A stretch of DNA of 64,000 nucleotides from Eledone cirrhosa (Eukaryota): the NCBI GenBank assembly GCA_964016885.1, contig OZ024744.1:16368001-16432000 (forward strand), read 5' to 3'. Shown piece after piece: positions 61,512 to 64,000 of the stretch. How positions within the stretch are numbered: position 1 is the first letter of the stretch; each line of letters opens with the position of its first letter. Both the position numbers and the translations under genes were made by a program. The notes below the pieces were generated by a model. That model was given only the letters and a program-made list of their open reading frames with translations, had not been told where the DNA came from and did no database searches.

Positions 61512-64000
61512 GCAAAGTGTACTTTTCACCTGAAGAAAGTGTCCTCTGTTTACTGTAGTAATGTGTAAAGTGTACTGTTCACCTGACGAAAGTGTCCTCT
61601 GTTTACTGTAGTACTGTGTAAAGTGTACTGTTCAGCTGAAGAATATGTCCTGTGTTTACTGTATTAATGTGTAAAGTGTACTGTTCAGCTGAAGAATGTA
61701 TCCTATGTTTACTGTAGTACTGTGTAAAGTGTACTGTTCAGCTGAAGAATGTGTCCTGTGTTTACTGTAGTACTGTTTAATGTGTACTGTTAACCTGAAG
61801 AAAGTGTCCTGTGTTTACTGTAGTACTGTGTTAAGTGCACTGTTCACCTGAAGAATGTGTCCTGTGTTTACTGTAGTACTGTGTAAAGTGTACTGTTCAG
61901 CTGAGGAATGTGTCCTGTGTTTACCGTGGTACTGTGTAAAGTGTACTGTTCAGCTGAAGAATGTGTCCTGTGTTTACTGTAGTACTGTGGAAAGTGTACT
62001 GTTCACCTGAAGAATGTGTCCTGTGTTTACTGTAGTACTGTGTAAAGTGTACTGTTCACGTAAAGAATGTGTTCTGTGTTGACTGCAGTACTGTGTAAAG
62101 TGTACTGTTCACCTGAAGAATGTGTCCTGTGTTTACTGTAGTACTGTGTAAATTGTACTGTACACGTGAAGAATGTGTTCTGTGTTTACTGTAGTACTGT
62201 GTAATGTGTACTGTTCAGCTGATGAATTTGTTCTGTGTTTACTGTAGTACTGTGTAAAGTGTACTGTTCAGTTGAAGAAAGTGTCCTCTGTTTACTGTAG
62301 TAATGTGTAAAGTGTACTGTTCAGCTGACGAATGTGTCCTGTGTATACTGTAGTACTGTGTAAAGTGTACTGTTCACCTGAAGAATGTCTCCTGTGTTTA
62401 CTGTAGTAATGTGTAAATTGTACTGTTCACCTGAAGAATGTGTTCTGTGTTGACTGCAGTACTGTGTAAAGTGTACTGTTCACCTGAAGAATGTGTCCTG
62501 TGTTTACTGTAGTACTGTTTAAAGTGTACTGTTCAGATGAAGAATGTGTCCTGTGTTTACTGTAGTAATGTGTAAAGTGTACTGTTCAGCTGATGAATGT
62601 GTCCTGTGTTTACTGTAGTACTGTGTAAAGTGTACAGTTCAGATGAAGAATGTGTCCTGTGTTTACTGTAGTACTGTGTAAAGTGTACTGTTCAGCTGAA
62701 GAATGTGTCCTGTGTTTACTGTAGTACTGTGTAAAGTGTACTGTTCACCTGAAGAATGTGTCCTGTGTTTACTGTAGTACTGTGTAAAGTGTACTGTTCA
62801 CCTGAAGAATGTGTCCTGTGTTTACTGTAGTACTGTGTAAAGTGTACTGTTCACATGAAGAATGTGTCCTGCGTTTACTTTAGTACTGTGTAAAGTGTAC
62901 TGTTCACCTGAAGAAGGTGTCCTGTGTTTACTTTAGTACTGTGTAAAGTGTACTGTTCACATGAAGAATGTGTCCTGTGTTTACTGTAGTACTGTGTAAA
63001 TTGTACTGTACACGTGAAGAATGTGTTCTGTGTTTACTGTAGTAATGTGTAAAGTGTACTGTTCAGCTGAAAAATGTGTCCTGTGTTTACTGTAGTACTG
63101 TGTAAATTGTACTTTTCACCTGAAGAATGTGTGCTGTGTTGACTGCAGTACTGTGTAAAGTGTACTGTTCACCTGAAGAATGTGTCCTGTGTTTACTGTA
63201 GTACTGTCTAAAGTGTACTGTTTACATGAAGAATGTGTCCTGTGTTTACTGTAGTACTGTGTAAAGTGTACTGTTCACCTGAAGAATGTGTCCTGTGTTT
63301 ACTGTAGTACTGTGTAAAGTGTACTGTTCAGCTGAAGAATGTGTCCTGTGATTACTGTAGTACTTTGTAAAGCGTAATGTTCAGCTGAAGAATGTGTCCT
63401 GTGTTTACTGTAGTACTGTGTAAAGTGTACTGTTCACCTGAAGAATGTGTCCTGTGTTTACTGTAGTACTGTCTAAAGTGTACTGTTCACATGAAGAATG
63501 TGTCCTGTGTTTACTGTAGTACTGTGTAAAGTGTACTGTTCACCTGAAGAATGTGTCCTGTGTTTACTGTAGTACTGTGTAAAGTGTACTGTTCAGCTGA
63601 AGAATGTGTCCTGTGATTACTGTAGTACTTTGTAAAGCGTAATGTTCAGATGAAGAATGTGTTCTGTGTTTACTGTGGTACTGTGTAAAGTGTACTGTTC
63701 ACCTGAAGAATGTGTCCTGTGTTTACTGTAGTACTGTCTAAAGTGTACTGTTCACATGAAGAATGTGTCCTGTGTTTACTGTAGTACTGCGTAAAGTGTA
63801 CTGTTCACCTGACGAAAGTGTCCTGTCTTTACTGTAGTAGTGTGTAAAGTGTGCTGTTCAGCTGAAGAATGTGTCCTGTGTTTACTATAGTACTGTGTAA
63901 AGTATACTTTTCAACTGAAGAATGTGTCCTGTGTTGACTGTATTACTGTGTAAAGTGTACTGTTCACCTGAAGAATGTGTCCTGCGTTTACTTTAGTACT
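61512..64000 (+). repeat. 53-bp tandem repeat array, consensus AAAGTGTACTGTTCACCTGAAGAATGTGTCCTGTGTTTACTGTAGTACTGTGT, ~47 copies, truncated by the right window edge
   Basis: Unit starts (AAAGTGTAC) occur at 61514, 61567 and on to 63952. 63952-61514 = 2438 = 46 x 53 exactly. Confidence 0.99.
63160..63790 (+). repeat. 5-monomer (265-bp) higher-order repeat within the 53-bp array, ~2.4 copies
   Basis: GTACTGTCTA at 63201, 63466 and 63731. The linked variant ATTACTGTAGTACTTTGTAAAGCGTAATG is at 63351 and 63616. All offsets are 265 = 5 x 53. Confidence 0.88.

Noticed and set aside
61512-64000. Hammerhead ribozyme in the 53-mer (CTGAAGA with CTGACGA, CTGATGA and CTGAGGA variants matches the CUGANGA core; satellite hammerheads are known in newts, schistosomes and cave crickets)
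   Set aside because: I could not find stem II followed by GAAA, or stems I and III around an NUH site. The consensus has GTAAA rather than GAAA. An Infernal search of monomer and dimer with the Rfam hammerhead models would settle it.
1-64000. CRISPR array
   Set aside because: Repeats are head-to-tail with no unique spacers, leader or cas genes.
1-64000. Assignment to a named satellite family or species
   Set aside because: I do not recognise either monomer with confidence. A BLAST, Dfam or Repbase search would be needed.

Overview
The whole window is tandemly repeated, satellite-type DNA. I see no credible protein-coding gene, RNA gene, mobile element or CRISPR array. Positions 1 to ~61511 are one uninterrupted, single-orientation array of a 25-bp purine-rich monomer (consensus GAAGGAAGTTGGAGAAGGAGAGTAT, about 2,460 copies by length, open at the left edge). 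It is organised into several kb-scale higher-order repeats (HORs) with periods of 7594, 3399/3227, 1747, ~5420 and 5536 bp, and its variant composition shifts near 45.6 kb. At ~61512 it abuts directly a different 53-bp tandem repeat (consensus AAAGTGTACTGTTCACCTGAAGAATGTGTCCTGTGTTTACTGTAGTACTGTGT, ~47 copies, open at the right edge). The long minus-strand ORFs follow from the monomer composition and are not evidence of genes. The architecture suggests eukaryotic heterochromatin, but the organism and satellite family cannot be identified from the sequence alone. I found no convincing new biological system. The best leads are the layered HOR history, the satellite junction, and a CANNTG box in the 53-mer whose central bases vary preferentially. 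Boundaries were read by eye and are approximate unless an exact offset is given.
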